The notes: a model not told the origin generated them from the letters alone. A stretch of DNA of 60,000 bases from Mobula hypostoma (GCF_963921235.1 NC_086107.1:115384001-115444000), one strand, 5' to 3'. Counted from the first letter of the stretch, positions 26,408-38,303 are shown. Numbers and translations: made by a program.

Positions 26408-26640
26408 GCGTTTAAAGGGAGGGGTAAATGGGGCCCCGGTGGGTTTAAAGGGAACGGGAAGCAGGATCCCAATCCGTTTAATGGGGAGCGGGGTACGGAG
26501 TCCTGATAGGTTTAAAGGGAGCGGCAAACGGAATCTCGGTGGATTTAACGGGAGCGGGAAATGCGATCGCATTGGGTTTAATGAAAGCGGGGAAAGGGGT
26601 CCAGTTGAGTTTAATGGGAGTGGGGAACGGGCCCAGGGGA
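26408..26640. repeat. Degenerate ~30-bp repeat built on gtttaa(a/t)gggagcggg
   Basis: About 7 recurrences. Confidence 0.65.
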
Positions 26641-27158
26641 TCACACAGACGGGATGGCACATGGGAGACTCATTGACACTCAGAGGGGTGTAGGGGAGGA
26701 AGGGCTCTTGGAGACGGGAAGGGGCGTAAGGGAGGGAGGGCGTGACAGAGGGGTGTGGATAGTGTATATTGATTGATAGGGTTGCGGCTGTTTTGTGTAT
26801 GTTGTGTAAATAGGATCTGCACAAGGTTGGGGACTGAGGGATTTGGCAGGTCACCGTGTCCCTGACCAACTGCTGACCGTAGGTCCGAGGGCTAACATCC
26901 CGTGACTCTGCTCGTCCGCAGGCAGCTAGTGAGATGTGACCGCGATAAACCTCTCCTTGCCCTTTACCCCTCTCCGTCTCCATTAGTTCTTCCTTTCCAC
27001 TACACCCCCTTCCCGATCGGCAACCCCCGCCCTTCTTCCTCGTCTGCGCCAATCCCTCCCCGTCTCCATGACCCTCTCCCTCCCCTACATTCCTCCCCCT
27101 CTCTGTCACAGCACTCCGTCACCCTTTCCGGCCTCCGCGACCCTCTCCGTCCTCTCAC

Positions 27159-28085
27159 CTTCCAGCCGGCGAGGAGGGCGGGCGCCCGTATCTTGCCGCT
27201 GTCGTCACTGCGCCCCATTTGGCTGCCCCGACAGACATCACAACCCGAGGTCCGGGTCCAGTTCCAGTAAGGCAGGCTGAACTCTTCGTCCCCCGACAGC
27301 AGCCTGAGCTCCTCCTCGAGGAACGCCAGGTAGCGCCGGTGCCAGGGGGTGAAGGCCGGACCCCCGTGGGCAAAGTTGGCGCCAGAGATCGCCCCCTCCC
27401 TCACACCCCCACCAGCTTTCCCACCCAGGGGCTTGGTGGCCAGGTAATGCATCCAGGTGATAAGGTCGTAGACTGTGGCGTCTCGGAAGGCCAGACCCCC
27501 TGGCAGCGAAGGGTCAGACGGGGAGGAAGGGGAGAAGGGGAATAGGGTGAATGAGAAATGGGACGAGGAAGCAAGTGGAGGGGAGCGGTCGGCAGATGGG
27601 GTGGCCAGCATGACGTATCGGCCGCTGACGGTGCCCTTCGCCTTTTTCAGCATCCAGAGGAGGGCCCGCCACTGCTGCCGGCTGAGCTGATGGACCCCCT
27701 TCCTCACCCGGACCGCCCAGCGCTCGCAGAAGGGACCCCGCCAGCCTCCCGCGCACCTTCCGCAATCGAATCCCGAGAAATGCGGGCGGCATGCACAGAC
27801 GTGGGCAAAGAAAGCGCTGGGCCAGGCCAGCCGGAAATCCCAGGGCGAGGGGAGCGCGGAGGGGGGTGTGGAAGGAGGAGGGGGGCGGAGGAGCATGCAG
27901 GACCCCCGGCCGCTGCGCTCCCCGCAGGGAGACCCATCCCCTGGCCAGTGGGGACAGCAGACACGCGAGTTCAGGGCGGAGAGCGAGGCACAGGGACGGG
28001 GGAACTGGGCGAGAGGGGTGGGGGGCCGGGAGAGAAGCAGGAAGAGTGGGAGGAGGATGAGGGCGAGGGGGCTCGACTCCTGCAT
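27159..28085 (-). CDS. Tyrosinase-like gene, coding exon 1 (signal peptide, Cys-rich domain, CuA site)
   Basis: MQESSPLALILLPLFLLL..AQFPRPC..CCP..GRGSC..CAC..FSGFDCGRC; WMHY; FAHGGPAFTPWHRRYL; LPYWNW..CDVC; donor AAG|gtgag at the TYR intron-1 position. The start ATG is less certain because tgcag could be an acceptor. Confidence 0.92.
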
Positions 28086-28316
28086 TTGTGAAGCGGGGAG
28101 GGAGGGATGAGGGACTAGAATGAGAGAGGAGGAAGGAGAGAGGAGGGGATGGAGCGATTGAAAGAGAGGTAGAGGGGTAGAGGGACAGAGGGAGGGAGAG
28201 GAGCTACGAGGGTGGAGGCGGGACAAGCAGCGAGGGGGAAGAGGGACGGAGCGAGAGAACGAGAGAAGGAGAGCGAGGCAGTCACCAGTCGGGAGGGTAG
28301 GGAGGAGATGGAGGGG

Positions 28317-28322
28317 TTTATA
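28317..28322 (-). promoter_or_regulatory. Candidate TATA box (TATAAA) for the tyrosinase-like gene
   Basis: About 230 bp upstream of the ATG on the minus strand. Confidence 0.35.
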
Positions 28323-28403
28323 AAGGAGTGGGTGTTGGTTTGGCTGAGGGTTCATACGCGTGAAATAGGGCACCGAGCCAGGACAGGATGTGTGAGTGAT
28401 GTG

Positions 28404-28447
28404 GAGAGAGAGAGAGAGAGCGAGAGAGAGAGAGAGAGAGAGAGAGG

Positions 28448-28495
<48 letters not shown>

Positions 28496-28503
28496 GCGAG
28501 GGC

Positions 28504-28560
<57 letters not shown>

Positions 28561-28643
28561 GAAGGCGAGAGAGAGAGAGAGAAAGAGGGAGAGAGAGAGG
28601 GAGGGCGAGAGAGAGAGAGCGAGAGAGCGAGAGAGAGAGAGAA

Positions 28644-28677
<34 letters not shown>

Positions 28678-28701
28678 CGAGAGAGAGAGAGAGAGAGAGA
28701 G
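28404..28701. repeat. (GA)n microsatellite
   Basis: Direct inspection. Confidence 0.97.
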
Positions 28702-28729
28702 ATGGAGGAGCTAGAATCCGCGGTCCGCC

Positions 28730-28860
28730 CTCTAAATACACACAAATACGGAGTTCCTTTCTAAATACAGACTCGGATCCGGGAGCCCCGCTAAATACAG
28801 ACACGAATCCGGTGACCCCTCTAAATACAGATACGGGGTTCCCCTCTAAATACAGGCGCT
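28730..28860. repeat. ~29-bp tandem repeat with a ctaaataca core, 5 copies
   Basis: Direct inspection. Confidence 0.7.
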
Positions 28861-29260
28861 CATAGCACCCACACGGGACCCGCCTATAAATATTCACGCA
28901 CATGGGAACTCATTAAAGATATGTAAAGACACCCACAACGACCAACCCCCCCCCCAAATAAAGGCATGCACATGCCCCTCCAAATAAAGACACACACTCC
29001 CTCTAAATGAAAGGATCTCTCACTGATCCATTGTCTCTCTCTCTGATTCAGACACCCCACGGTCGAGGTACGGCACCCCTGCAGCACTAGAAGATCCCAA
29101 GAGGCGGCAATCTCCCAGTGGGCACTGGGCTGGACCACCAGCCCATGCCAGCCACTGTTCGGTAATCATTGCTTCCCCCCGCCCCCAACAACCCATTCCA
29201 CACCTGCCTCACTTCGCCCAACCAACACAAACGTAACCACCCCGTACATTCGGGAGTAGA

Positions 29261-29996
29261 GGATTGTGGGGCTTGTAGTCCCAAGGGCCAGGATAATCGA
29301 TGGAGTTTTTTAGCCTCTACCATGTCGCATGTTGGAAGGCAAGGGATTATGGGTATTGTAGTCAATATTGGCTTAGCAACAACAGCAGAGATGGGCGATC
29401 GGACGACACGGCTCACAATGGTCTGGCTGCATCGCCAGTCCGGTTCAAGAGTAGCGAAAAGCACCGTCCAACAGAGGGGAGCGCTCCATCTGTTTGAGAA
29501 ACAGAGGGCTATGAGTCCGCAACAGCTGCGGAGAGGGAAGCAAGGACTACACTTCCCTCAGTGCCACCCGTCTGGTGGCATCGCCTGCACAGTTATTCAG
29601 AAGGTTTGTAGTCTCTGTTGGCAGGTCAACAAGGGCGGACATGGCATTTCGGACTACTTTTCCACAATAGCAACAGAGCTGCGGCTCTATAAATCCAATT
29701 CAAACTATCTATGCTCGACTCAATGGGCGCGGTAAAGATGGTGAGGAACGCATTTCTAAGGGAGCGCTCGGTTGGCAGCGGATTGTGGGTCATGTAGTCA
29801 TTACGCAAAACAACAGCAGAGGTAACGCCAGACTACACATCCCATGTTGCCGAGCTAGAGCCACTGCGGTTGCGCAACCGTCGGACCGTCGTTGGCAAAT
29901 AGGACGAGAGGTATGCTGGGGATTATAGTCCATTGACGCCGGAAACGTGGGTAGCCCCGCACGCTGGCATAACACGGACTACAAATTCCGGCATGC
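29261..29996. promoter_or_regulatory. Cluster of ZNF143/THAP11-type (GACTACAnnTCCCAnnATGC-like) motifs in a CpG-rich divergent promoter
   Basis: Copies at 29261-29280(-), 29344-29363(-), 29545-29564(+), 29652-29670(+, weak), 29780-29799(-), 29831-29850(+), 29911-29930(-), 29977-29996(+). Confidence 0.75.
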
Positions 29997-30047
29997 CCAG
30001 CGCCGTTACTCGTCGCCGCCGGAGCGGCCTGAGGCAAAGAGGGAAAG

Positions 30048-30159
30048 ATGTCCGGACGGCCCAAGCCGCGCACCGCCGCCAACGCCGAGCGTGGTACCGT
30101 GTCGGTCAACGAGCGAGTCCTACGCGAGTGCCACTCTCTCTACAGCGAGCCCGACACCG
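30048..30159 (+). CDS. EHD/dynamin-like membrane P-loop NTPase, exon 1: MSGRPKPRTAANAERGTVSVNERVLRECHSLYSEPDT
   Basis: ATG (aagATGt) in a CpG island; donor G|gtgagt; phase 1 joins exon 2. Confidence 0.85.
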
Positions 30160-30619
30160 GTGAGTGAGGGTGGGAGCTGCCGGAGAGCGATTCAGCCGGC
30201 GCCGGACCGGATCCTGAGAAACGTAAAACTCGGACCGGTACCTGAACTGAAGACCTGCGGCTCCCGATCCTGCGGGTACTCCAACGCCGGGCTTTCGGAA
30301 ATACAGCTGCGTCGTATCTTGTCTAAAACATCTTGCTCCCACTCTCTCCACTAGTGAGGATTTAAAGCCTCCCATTATGGGATGTTTTCACCTTAAAACT
30401 CGGGGTATTTTCCCCATACAAACTACAGTGGACGCAGAAGTGATCCCTGCAGCTTGATACTGTTCACCAGTCTCCAAAGCACACTTCCACTACATCCCTC
30501 GAATTCTATATAAAACTCTGGTCAGGCCGCATCTGGAATATTATGGTCATTTCTGCTCACCCCATTACAGGAAGGGTAGGGGGGCTTTGGAGAGGGCGCA
30601 GAGGAGGTTCACCAGGATG

Positions 30620-31084
30620 ACTGCTCACTGCTGTAGCCCCTCCACTTTAATATGTGCCTTCAGAGATGCTCTTCTGCACACCACTGTTGTAACACATGGT
30701 TATTTTGAGTTACTGTCCCCTTCCTGACAGCTTGAACCAGTCTGGCCATTCTCCTCTGACCTCTCTCGTTAACAAAGTGTTTTCACCCACAGAACTGCTG
30801 CTCACTGGGTGTTTTTTTTTGTTTTTCACACCATTCTCTGTAAACTCTAGAGACTTGCGCGTGAAAATCCCAGGGGATCAGCAGTTTCTGAGATGCTCAA
30901 ACCACCCCATCTGGCACCGACAGTCATTCCACAGTGTGAAAGTCATTTAGATCACATTTCTTCCCTCATTCTGAGCAACAACTGAATCCCTTGACCACGT
31001 CTGCGTGGAGTTGCTGCCACACAATTGGCTGATTAAATTTGCATTAATGGACAGGCATACCTTAATAAAGTGGCCACTGATTGT
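30620..31084. mobile_element. Tc1/mariner-derived non-autonomous remnant
   Basis: Ends taataaagtggccactga.tgta, a Tc1-like TIR followed by TA. Confidence 0.55.
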
Positions 31085-31089
31085 ATATC

Positions 31090-33180
31090 ATAGAGTCATA
31101 CAACACAGAAGAAAGCCATTTGGCTTAACTGGTCCCTGCCAACATCAATTCCCATCTGCCCACGTTTGGCCCATATCCCTCCAAGCCTTCCCTATCCACG
31201 TACCTGTCTGAGTGTCTTTTAAACATTGGTAATGTACCAGCCTCAACTACTTCCTCTGGCAGCTTGTTCCATATATAGACCACCATCTGGATGAAATTGT
31301 TACCCCAGAGGGTCCCTATTAAATCTCCCTCCATTTTCACCTTAAATGAGTGCCCTATATTTCTTGATTCCCCAACCCTGGGGAAAAGACTCTGCATATT
31401 CACCCTAACTGTGTAGGTTCAGTTGCTCGGCATTCAAGATGAGCAAGTAAATTAGGCTAGACATTGGCTTTGTGGGAGAAGCCACAGAGAGAGGTGGTAG
31501 CAGGTTGCTTCTCTGACTGCAGGTCTGTAACCAGTGGACCCGACGCGATCGGTGCTGGGTCCTTTGTTGTTTGACATCTATATCAACTATTTGAGTGATA
31601 ATGTGGTTAACTGGATCAGCAAATTTGGGGATGACACTAGGATTGGAGGTGTAGTGGACAGCGAGTAAGATTATCATGGCTTACAGAGCGATTTGCATCA
31701 GCTAGAAAAATGGGCTGAAAATCTTCAGATGGAATTTAATGCAAACAAGTGCAAGGTTTTGCCCTTCAGTGGGACCAACCAGGGTAGGTCTTACACAGTG
31801 AACGATAGGGCACCGAGGAGTGTGGTAGAACAAATGTCCATAATTAGTTGAAAGTGGTTCGTAAGGAAAGGTTTTGGCACATTGGCCTTCATAAATGAAT
31901 GTATTGAGTACAAGAGGAGGGATGTTATGTAGAAGTTGAATAAGGCGTTGGTGAGGCCTAATTTGGAGTATTGTGTGAAGTTTTGGTCACCTACCTGGAG
32001 GAGAGATGTAAAGAAGGTTGAAAGAGTGAAGAGAAAATTTACAAGGATGTCATCGGGTCTGAAGAACCTGAGTTATTAGAAAAGATTAGGACTATATTCC
32101 TTAGAACATCGAAAGTTGGGAGGGATTCGATAGGAGGTATATAAAATGGAGGGGTAGATAGGGGAAATGCAAGTAGGCTTCTTCCACTTGCATTTGGTGG
32201 AACTGCAACCAGAGGTCATGGGTTAAGGGTGAAAGGTGTAAAATTTAAGGGGAACATGAGGGGAAGCTTCTTCACTCAGGGTCGTGAGAGTGTGGAACGA
32301 GCTGTCGGCACAAGCTCGATTTCATCGTTTAAGAGAAGTTTAGATAGGTATATGGATGGTCGGGGTGTGGAGGGCTATGGTCCCAGTGCGGGTCGATGGG
32401 AGTAGGCAGTTTAAATGGTTTTGCCATGGACTAGATGGGCTGAAGAGCCTGTTTCTGTGCTGTACTCTATGAGATCATTCCCTCGGTCTTTCATGCTCCA
32501 GAGAATAAAGTACCAACCTGGCCAACCTCTCTCCATAACTCGAGTTCCTCGAGTCCTGGCCATATCCTTATCAATCCTCTCAGCACTCTTTCCAACTCAA
32601 TGACATCTTTTCTATGGCAGGGCAACCAAAACTGAACACGATACTCTAAGTGGAGCCTCAGTAATGTCTTGTGAATCTGAATGATGAAGGTCAATGCCGA
32701 GCACCTCCTTCACCACCGTGTCTACCCGTGGCTCTCCTTTCAGGGAAGCATGCACTGTACCTGTACCCCTCAGTCCCTCTGTTCTACAATACTTCCCAGG
32801 ACCCTGACATTCACTGTGACTTGTCCTGAAATGCAACACCTCACACTTATCGGAATTAAACTGCATTTGCCATTCCTCGGCCCACTTTCCCAGCTGTTTG
32901 AGATCCCCCTGTCAACCCTGATAACTATCCTTGCTGTCAACCACACGGCCGATTTCAGTGTTGTCTGCATATTTACTAACCACTTCTAGGTACTTGCTTA
33001 TCTGAACTGTTGATTCAGATGACAATGGCAATGGGCCCAGCACTGTCCTCTCGGGGACACCACTAATCACGATCCTCAAGTCCGAGAAACAGCCTCCCAC
33101 CGAGTTCCTTCCTGGGTCCCTCAGTTCTGCAACAGTCCTTGGGGCCTGACCGTTCACTGTGAAGTTCCTGCTCGGATTAG
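31090..33180. mobile_element. Cluster of CR1 fragments in both orientations (31410-32470 +; flanks -)
   Basis: WNKLPEEVVEAG; LLRLHLEYRVQFW; QFNSDKCEVLHF. Confidence 0.85.
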
Positions 33181-34419
33181 AATCAGAACCAGGTTCATTT
33201 CTGCCGGCATATGAAATGTGTTGTTCTGCGGCAGCAGTACGGTGCAAAATATTAAAAGTCACTGTGAGTTACAAACATTGGCAGTGCAAAAGGTGAATAG
33301 TGTTCGTGGGTTCAGGGGCCATTCAGAACTGCAATGGCAGAGGGAAGAAGCTCTTCCTGAATCAAGGACTGTGGGTCTCTCAGCTCTAATGTATCTGTCT
33401 CTACTGTCACCCCTGCAGGGTGATACACACATCCACCCACTCTCTGTGTAATAAAACGTCCCTATTGTATCTGATTTTACATTCATCCATGGCAGGGCGA
33501 TCCGCACACACCCACCACTCTCTGTGTAATAAAATGTCTCTACCGTCACCCCTGCAGGGTGATGCACACACCCACCACTCTCTGTGTAATTTTTTTTAAA
33601 ACTACTTCTGACATCCCCCCCAATGCTTTTCTCCGTTCGCCTTAAAATTATGCCCCCTTAATAGCTGTTTCTGCTCTGTGAAAAAGACACTGGTTATCCA
33701 CTCAATTTATCTTATACACTTCTATCAAGTCACCGCCCATCCTCCTTCACTCCTCTTCGAGAGAAAAGCCTGAACTTGCTCACCCTCTCCTCTTAAAGTA
33801 CCCTTCTCTACTCCAGACGGCATCCTCTCTAAAGCTTACTGTAATGAGGAGACTAGAACTGATGAAGGGTCTAGGCCAGAAACGTCGACTCTTTAATCCT
33901 CTCCATGGAGGCTGTCTCACCTGCTGAGAATTTTATGTGTGTTATTCTTAAACCACTGCAGAGGAGGGCAGAAGGGATTTGGCTAATATGGCACCATCTT
34001 TGTACTATTTGGAGACTCTCAACAAGGGAAAAGTTTTATCTGCAGGCTAAGTTGGCCCAGATTCCGTGTGAGCCAGCCTCCTGGACCGAGGCTGGCACAC
34101 AGTGTCGCTGTACAAACAACTGGCAACAGACCGGAACCAACACAATCAGTCAGAACAGCTACACCTTGTTCCCTGATAGTCAGCACTGATAATGTTGCAG
34201 AGCATATTATCCAGTTCCCAACCCCTTCCAACACGAGGAGCAGGGGAGCGAATCGTCCTGGTAGGGTGTGTAGTTGGCAGAGATGGCCTTCTCTGAATCC
34301 ACAGGAGAGGGACGGCTTCACCAAGTACGGCTTGTAGTAGAGGGAGCAGGGGTCACAAAGGTGGGAGAGAAGCAGGAGGCGGGGGTGTCGTGGAGGCAGC
34401 GAGGATGTAGCGGAGGGTA

Positions 34420-35012
34420 TGGCAGAGGTGTTGGAGACAGGGAGGGGTGGAGGGGAGGAGGTGCTGGAGACGGGGAGTGGAGGGGAGGAAAGGGGTATAG
34501 GGTAGGGCAGAGGTGCAGGAGATGGAGGAGTGAAGGGGAGGGAGGGGGTATAGGGTGGGGCAGAGGTGTTGGAGACGGGGGTGGAGGGGAGGGAGGTGTA
34601 GGGTGGAGCAGAGGTGTTGGAGACGGGGAGGGTTGGAGGGGAGGGAGGGGGTGTAGGGTGGAGCGGAGGTGCAGGAGACGGGGGGTGGAGGGGAGGGATG
34701 GGGTGTAGGGTGGGGCAGAGGTGTTGGAGAAGGGGAGGGAGGGGGTGTAGTGTGGGGCAGAGGTGTTGGAGACGTGGGGCTGGAGGGGAGGGAGGGGGTG
34801 TAGGGTGGGGCAGAGGTGTTGGAGACGTGGGGGTGGAGGGGAGGGAGGGGGTGTAGGGTGGGGCAGAGGTGTTGGAGACGGGGAGGGAGGGTGTGTGGGG
34901 TGGGGCAGAGGTATTGGAGATGTGGGGGTGTGGGGTGGGGCAGAGGTATTGGAGATGTGGGGGTGGAGGGGAGGGAGGGGGTGTGGGGTGGGGCAGAGGT
35001 GCTGGAGACGGG
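34420..35012. repeat. G-rich minisatellite (gggtggggcagaggtgttggagacg...) with G-quadruplex potential
   Basis: Direct inspection. Confidence 0.9.
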
Positions 35013-35063
35013 GAGTGATGTCGGAGGGTGAACAAGCTGACAGTTTACATCCCTGTCCCCCAG

Positions 35064-35175
35064 GACTAATTGACATCATGTCCCGTCTGGGGATGCAGCT
35101 CACTCCCCCCCGGAAGAAGATGACGGTGATGTTGATGGGGAATCACTCGGCTGGAAAAAGCTCGTTCATCAACTG
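35064..35175 (+). CDS. EHD/dynamin-like NTPase, exon 2 (P-loop GNHSAGKSSFINW)
   Basis: cag/gtaac boundaries; Walker A motif. Confidence 0.95.
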
Positions 35176-35821
35176 GTAACCCTGCACCCTGGCCCATCGT
35201 CCCACATGCCCTAGCCCTCCTGCTCCTCCTCTCCACCTCTCCCTCTGTCTCCAGCACCTTCCGTCTCTCCTCCCCCACCACTCCACCCGTATGCCTTTGC
35301 CCCTCCTTCCCCCTTTCCCTTCGTCTCCTTCCCCCCCTACTCCCCGTGTCTCCCTCCCCGCCATCTCCTCCCCTGTCCCGCGGAGAGTGCTGAACACCTC
35401 GGTGAGGGTGGGTTCTGTGTGGGCAGAGGGGAGGAGCGACAGGCTAAAGGAGGGAGGAAAAGTGAAGGGGAAGTTCAGAGGGAACGGTGAGTGAGTAGGG
35501 GCTGAGTGGAGTGATTCGGGGATGTTGAAGATGTAGGAAGATGGAGGGAGTATTGAGACAGTAGGAGGGAGAGGGCAGGGTCGGGGAGGAAAGGGGGAGT
35601 GGTCAGTGAGGAGGGAGGGGACAGAGAGGGAGGAGGAGGGAGGACTGATGAATTGAGAGGGGTAGTGACAAAGGACAGTGAGGAAGGGGCGGAGGAAAGA
35701 GGGTGAGGACGAGGGCTAATGAAGAAAGGGGTAGTGAGGAGGGAAGCAGAGCAAGGGTACATATTGAAGAGCGAGAAGCGAGTGTGAGGAGGGAAGGAAA
35801 GCAAGGGTGCAGTGAGGTGGC

Positions 35822-36405
35822 AGGGAGGGAGGGGTAGAGAGACCGAGGGGTTGGACGTAGTCGAGGGATGGAGGAGGGAGGGTGGTGAACTTTGGAGAGG
35901 AAGGGCAGTGAGGGGAGGCAGGGAGGGAGGGGTAGAGAGAACGAGGGGTTGGACGTCGAGGGATGGAGGAGGGAGGGTGGTGAAGTTTGGAGAGGAAGGG
36001 CAGTGAGGGGAGGCAGGGAGGGAGGGGTAGAGAGAACGAGGGCTTGGACGTAGTCGAGGGATGGAGGAGGGAGGGTGGTGAAGTTTGGAGAGGAAGGGCA
36101 GTGAGGGGAGGCAGGGAGGGAGGGGTAGAGAGAACGAGGGGTTGGACGTCGAGGGATGGAGGAGGGAGGGTGGTGAAGTTTGGAGAGGAAGGGCAGTGAG
36201 GGGAGGCAGGGAGGGAGGGGTAGAGAGAACGAGGGGTTGGATGTAGTCGAGGGATGGAGGAGGGAGGGTGGTGAAGTTTGGAGAGGAAGGGCAGTGAGGG
36301 GAGGCAGGGAGGGAGGGGTAGAGAGAACGAGGGCTTGGACGTAGTCGAGGGATGGAGGAGGGAGGGTGGTGAAGTTTGGAGAGGAAGGGCAGTGAGGGGA
36401 GGCAG
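35822..36405. repeat. ~95-bp purine-rich tandem repeat, about 6 copies
   Basis: Direct inspection. Confidence 0.9.
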
Positions 36406-36678
36406 GAGAACGAGGAGAGAGTGGCGGGCTGGAATGTTGAGGCAAGGGTTAGTGAGGCGGTATAGGGGGCAGTGAAGTGGGAGGGATGGAGGGAAGGGTT
36501 TCCTTTCCTCAGCTGTATATGTCCCCTATCCCAGGTCTGCCCCTTCCCCACCCCCAACTCCCCCAGGTTCATCCAGTTCCTCACTCACTGCCACCTCCCT
36601 CACCCCCATCCCCTCTCCTCTACGCTCTCCCCCAAGTTCATCCCGTATCTTACTGTCAGCCCCCTTCCTCTCCCCCAG

Positions 36679-36772
36679 GTACGTGGAGGAACACATCCAA
36701 CGCACAGGCGTGGCCATCGAGACTCAGGGCTTTACTTTCGTCACCAGTGGCCGCAAGAGGGAATCACTGACT
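36679..36772 (+). CDS. EHD/dynamin-like NTPase, exon 3: YVEEHIQRTGVAIETQGFTFVTSGRKRESLT
   Basis: cag/gtgag boundaries; phases fit. Confidence 0.93.
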
Positions 36773-36828
36773 GTGAGTTGACCCAGAAGCATAATCACAG
36801 GAAACCTCACCTACCCCTTCCCAGACCT

Positions 36829-37394
36829 TCACTCTGTGTCTGACCCCAGAGGGTGTGATGGGACGGTGTGAAGGGAGATTCACTCTGTGTGTCTGACCCC
36901 GGGAGTGTGTGATGGGACGGTGTGGAGGGAGATTCACTCTGTGTCTGACCCCGGGAGTGTGTGATGGGACGGTGTGGAGGGAGATTCACTCTGTGTCTGA
37001 CCCCGGGAGTGTGTGATGGGACGGTGTGGAGGGAGCTTCACTCTGTGTCTGACCCCGGGAGTGTGTGATGGGACGGTGTGGAGGGAGATTCACTCTGTGT
37101 CTGACCCCGGGTGTGTGTGATGGGACGGTGTGGAGGGAGCTTCACTCTGTGTCTGACCCCGGGAGTGTGTGATGGGACGGTGTGGAGGGAGATTCACTCT
37201 GTGTCTGACCCCGGGAGTGTGTGATGGGACGGTGTGGAGGGAGATTCACTCTGTGTCTGACCCCGGGAGTGTGATGGGACGGTGTGGAGGGAGATTCACT
37301 CTGTGTCTGACCCCGGGAGTGTGTGATGGGACGGTGTGGAGGGAGATTCACTCTGTGTCTGACCCCGGGAGTGTGATGGGACGGTGTGGAGGGA
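36829..37394. repeat. 52-bp minisatellite (same family as 21680-22260)
   Basis: Direct inspection. Confidence 0.95.
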
Positions 37395-37496
37395 TCTCCC
37401 AGGTGGTCATAGGCTGGTTCTGTAGATTTGGGACGTCAGGAAGTGTGTGTAAAAGGGTTCCTTTCACCCAGACATCTTTCTTCGTCTGTCCACCAG

Positions 37497-37551
37497 GGGA
37501 ATGCAACGCTCCATCTGTATCCACACTTCAAACCACTGCAGAACATTGAAG
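37497..37551 (+). CDS. EHD/dynamin-like NTPase, exon 4: GNATLHLYPHFKPLQNIE
   Basis: cag/gtagg boundaries; phases fit. Confidence 0.92.
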
Positions 37552-37660
37552 GTAGGAATCACACAATATCCCCTGCTTTCACTGTCACCTGCAGACTGCC
37601 TTCCTGTTGGGGCTAGAAATGATGTACAGTCTTCAAATAATACTGTGTAGAGGACTGTTA

Positions 37661-38303
37661 CTCTGTGTCTGACCCCGGGAGTGTGTGATGGGATGGTGTG
37701 GAGGGAGTTTCTCTCTGTGTCTGACCCTGGGAGTGTGTGATGGGCGGTGTGGAGGGAGCTTCACTCTGTGTCTGATCCCGGGAGTGTGTGATGGGACAGT
37801 GTGGAGGGAGATTCACTCTGTGTCTGATCCCCGGAGTGTGTGATGGGACGGTGTGGAGGGAGATTCACTCTGTGTCTGACCCTGGGAGTGTGTGATGGGC
37901 GGTGTGGAGGGAGCTTCACTCTGTGTCTGATCCCGGGAGTGTGTGATGGGACAGTGTGGAGGGAGCTTCACTCTGTGTCTGATCCCTGGAGTGTGTGATG
38001 GGACAGTGATGAGGGAGATTCACTCTCTGTCTGACCCCGGGAGTGTGTGATGGGAGGGTGTGGAGGGAGATTCACTCTGTGTCTGACCCCGGGAGTGTGT
38101 GATGGGACGGTGTGGAGGGAGATTCACTCTGTGTCTGACCCCGGGAGTGTGTGATGGGACGGTGTGGAGGGAGATTCACTCTGTGTCTGACCCCGGGAGT
38201 GTGTGATGGGACGGTGTGGAGGGAGATTCACTCTGTGTCTGACCTCGGGAGTATGTGATGGGACGGTGTGGATGGAGATTCATTCCGTGTCTGACCCCGG
38301 GAG
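37661..38303. repeat. 52-bp minisatellite (third array)
   Basis: Direct inspection. Confidence 0.95.

Noticed and set aside
20670..28085. Assigning the symbol tyr, tyrp1 or dct
   Set aside because: Too divergent, lacks the TM exon and has a different neighbourhood; orthology cannot be established here
28086..28745. N-terminal extension of the 581-aa ORF
   Set aside because: (CT)n/SLSL repeat; tyrosinase homology and the signal peptide begin at about 28085
29087..29735. 125-aa and 188-aa ORFs between the divergent genes
   Set aside because: No recognisable homology; the region is better explained as promoter
34019..36584. Pro-rich minus-strand ORFs
   Set aside because: Antisense translation of G-rich intronic minisatellites
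36829..38303. CRISPR-like regular repeats
   Set aside because: Head-to-tail units with no unique spacers, in eukaryotic introns
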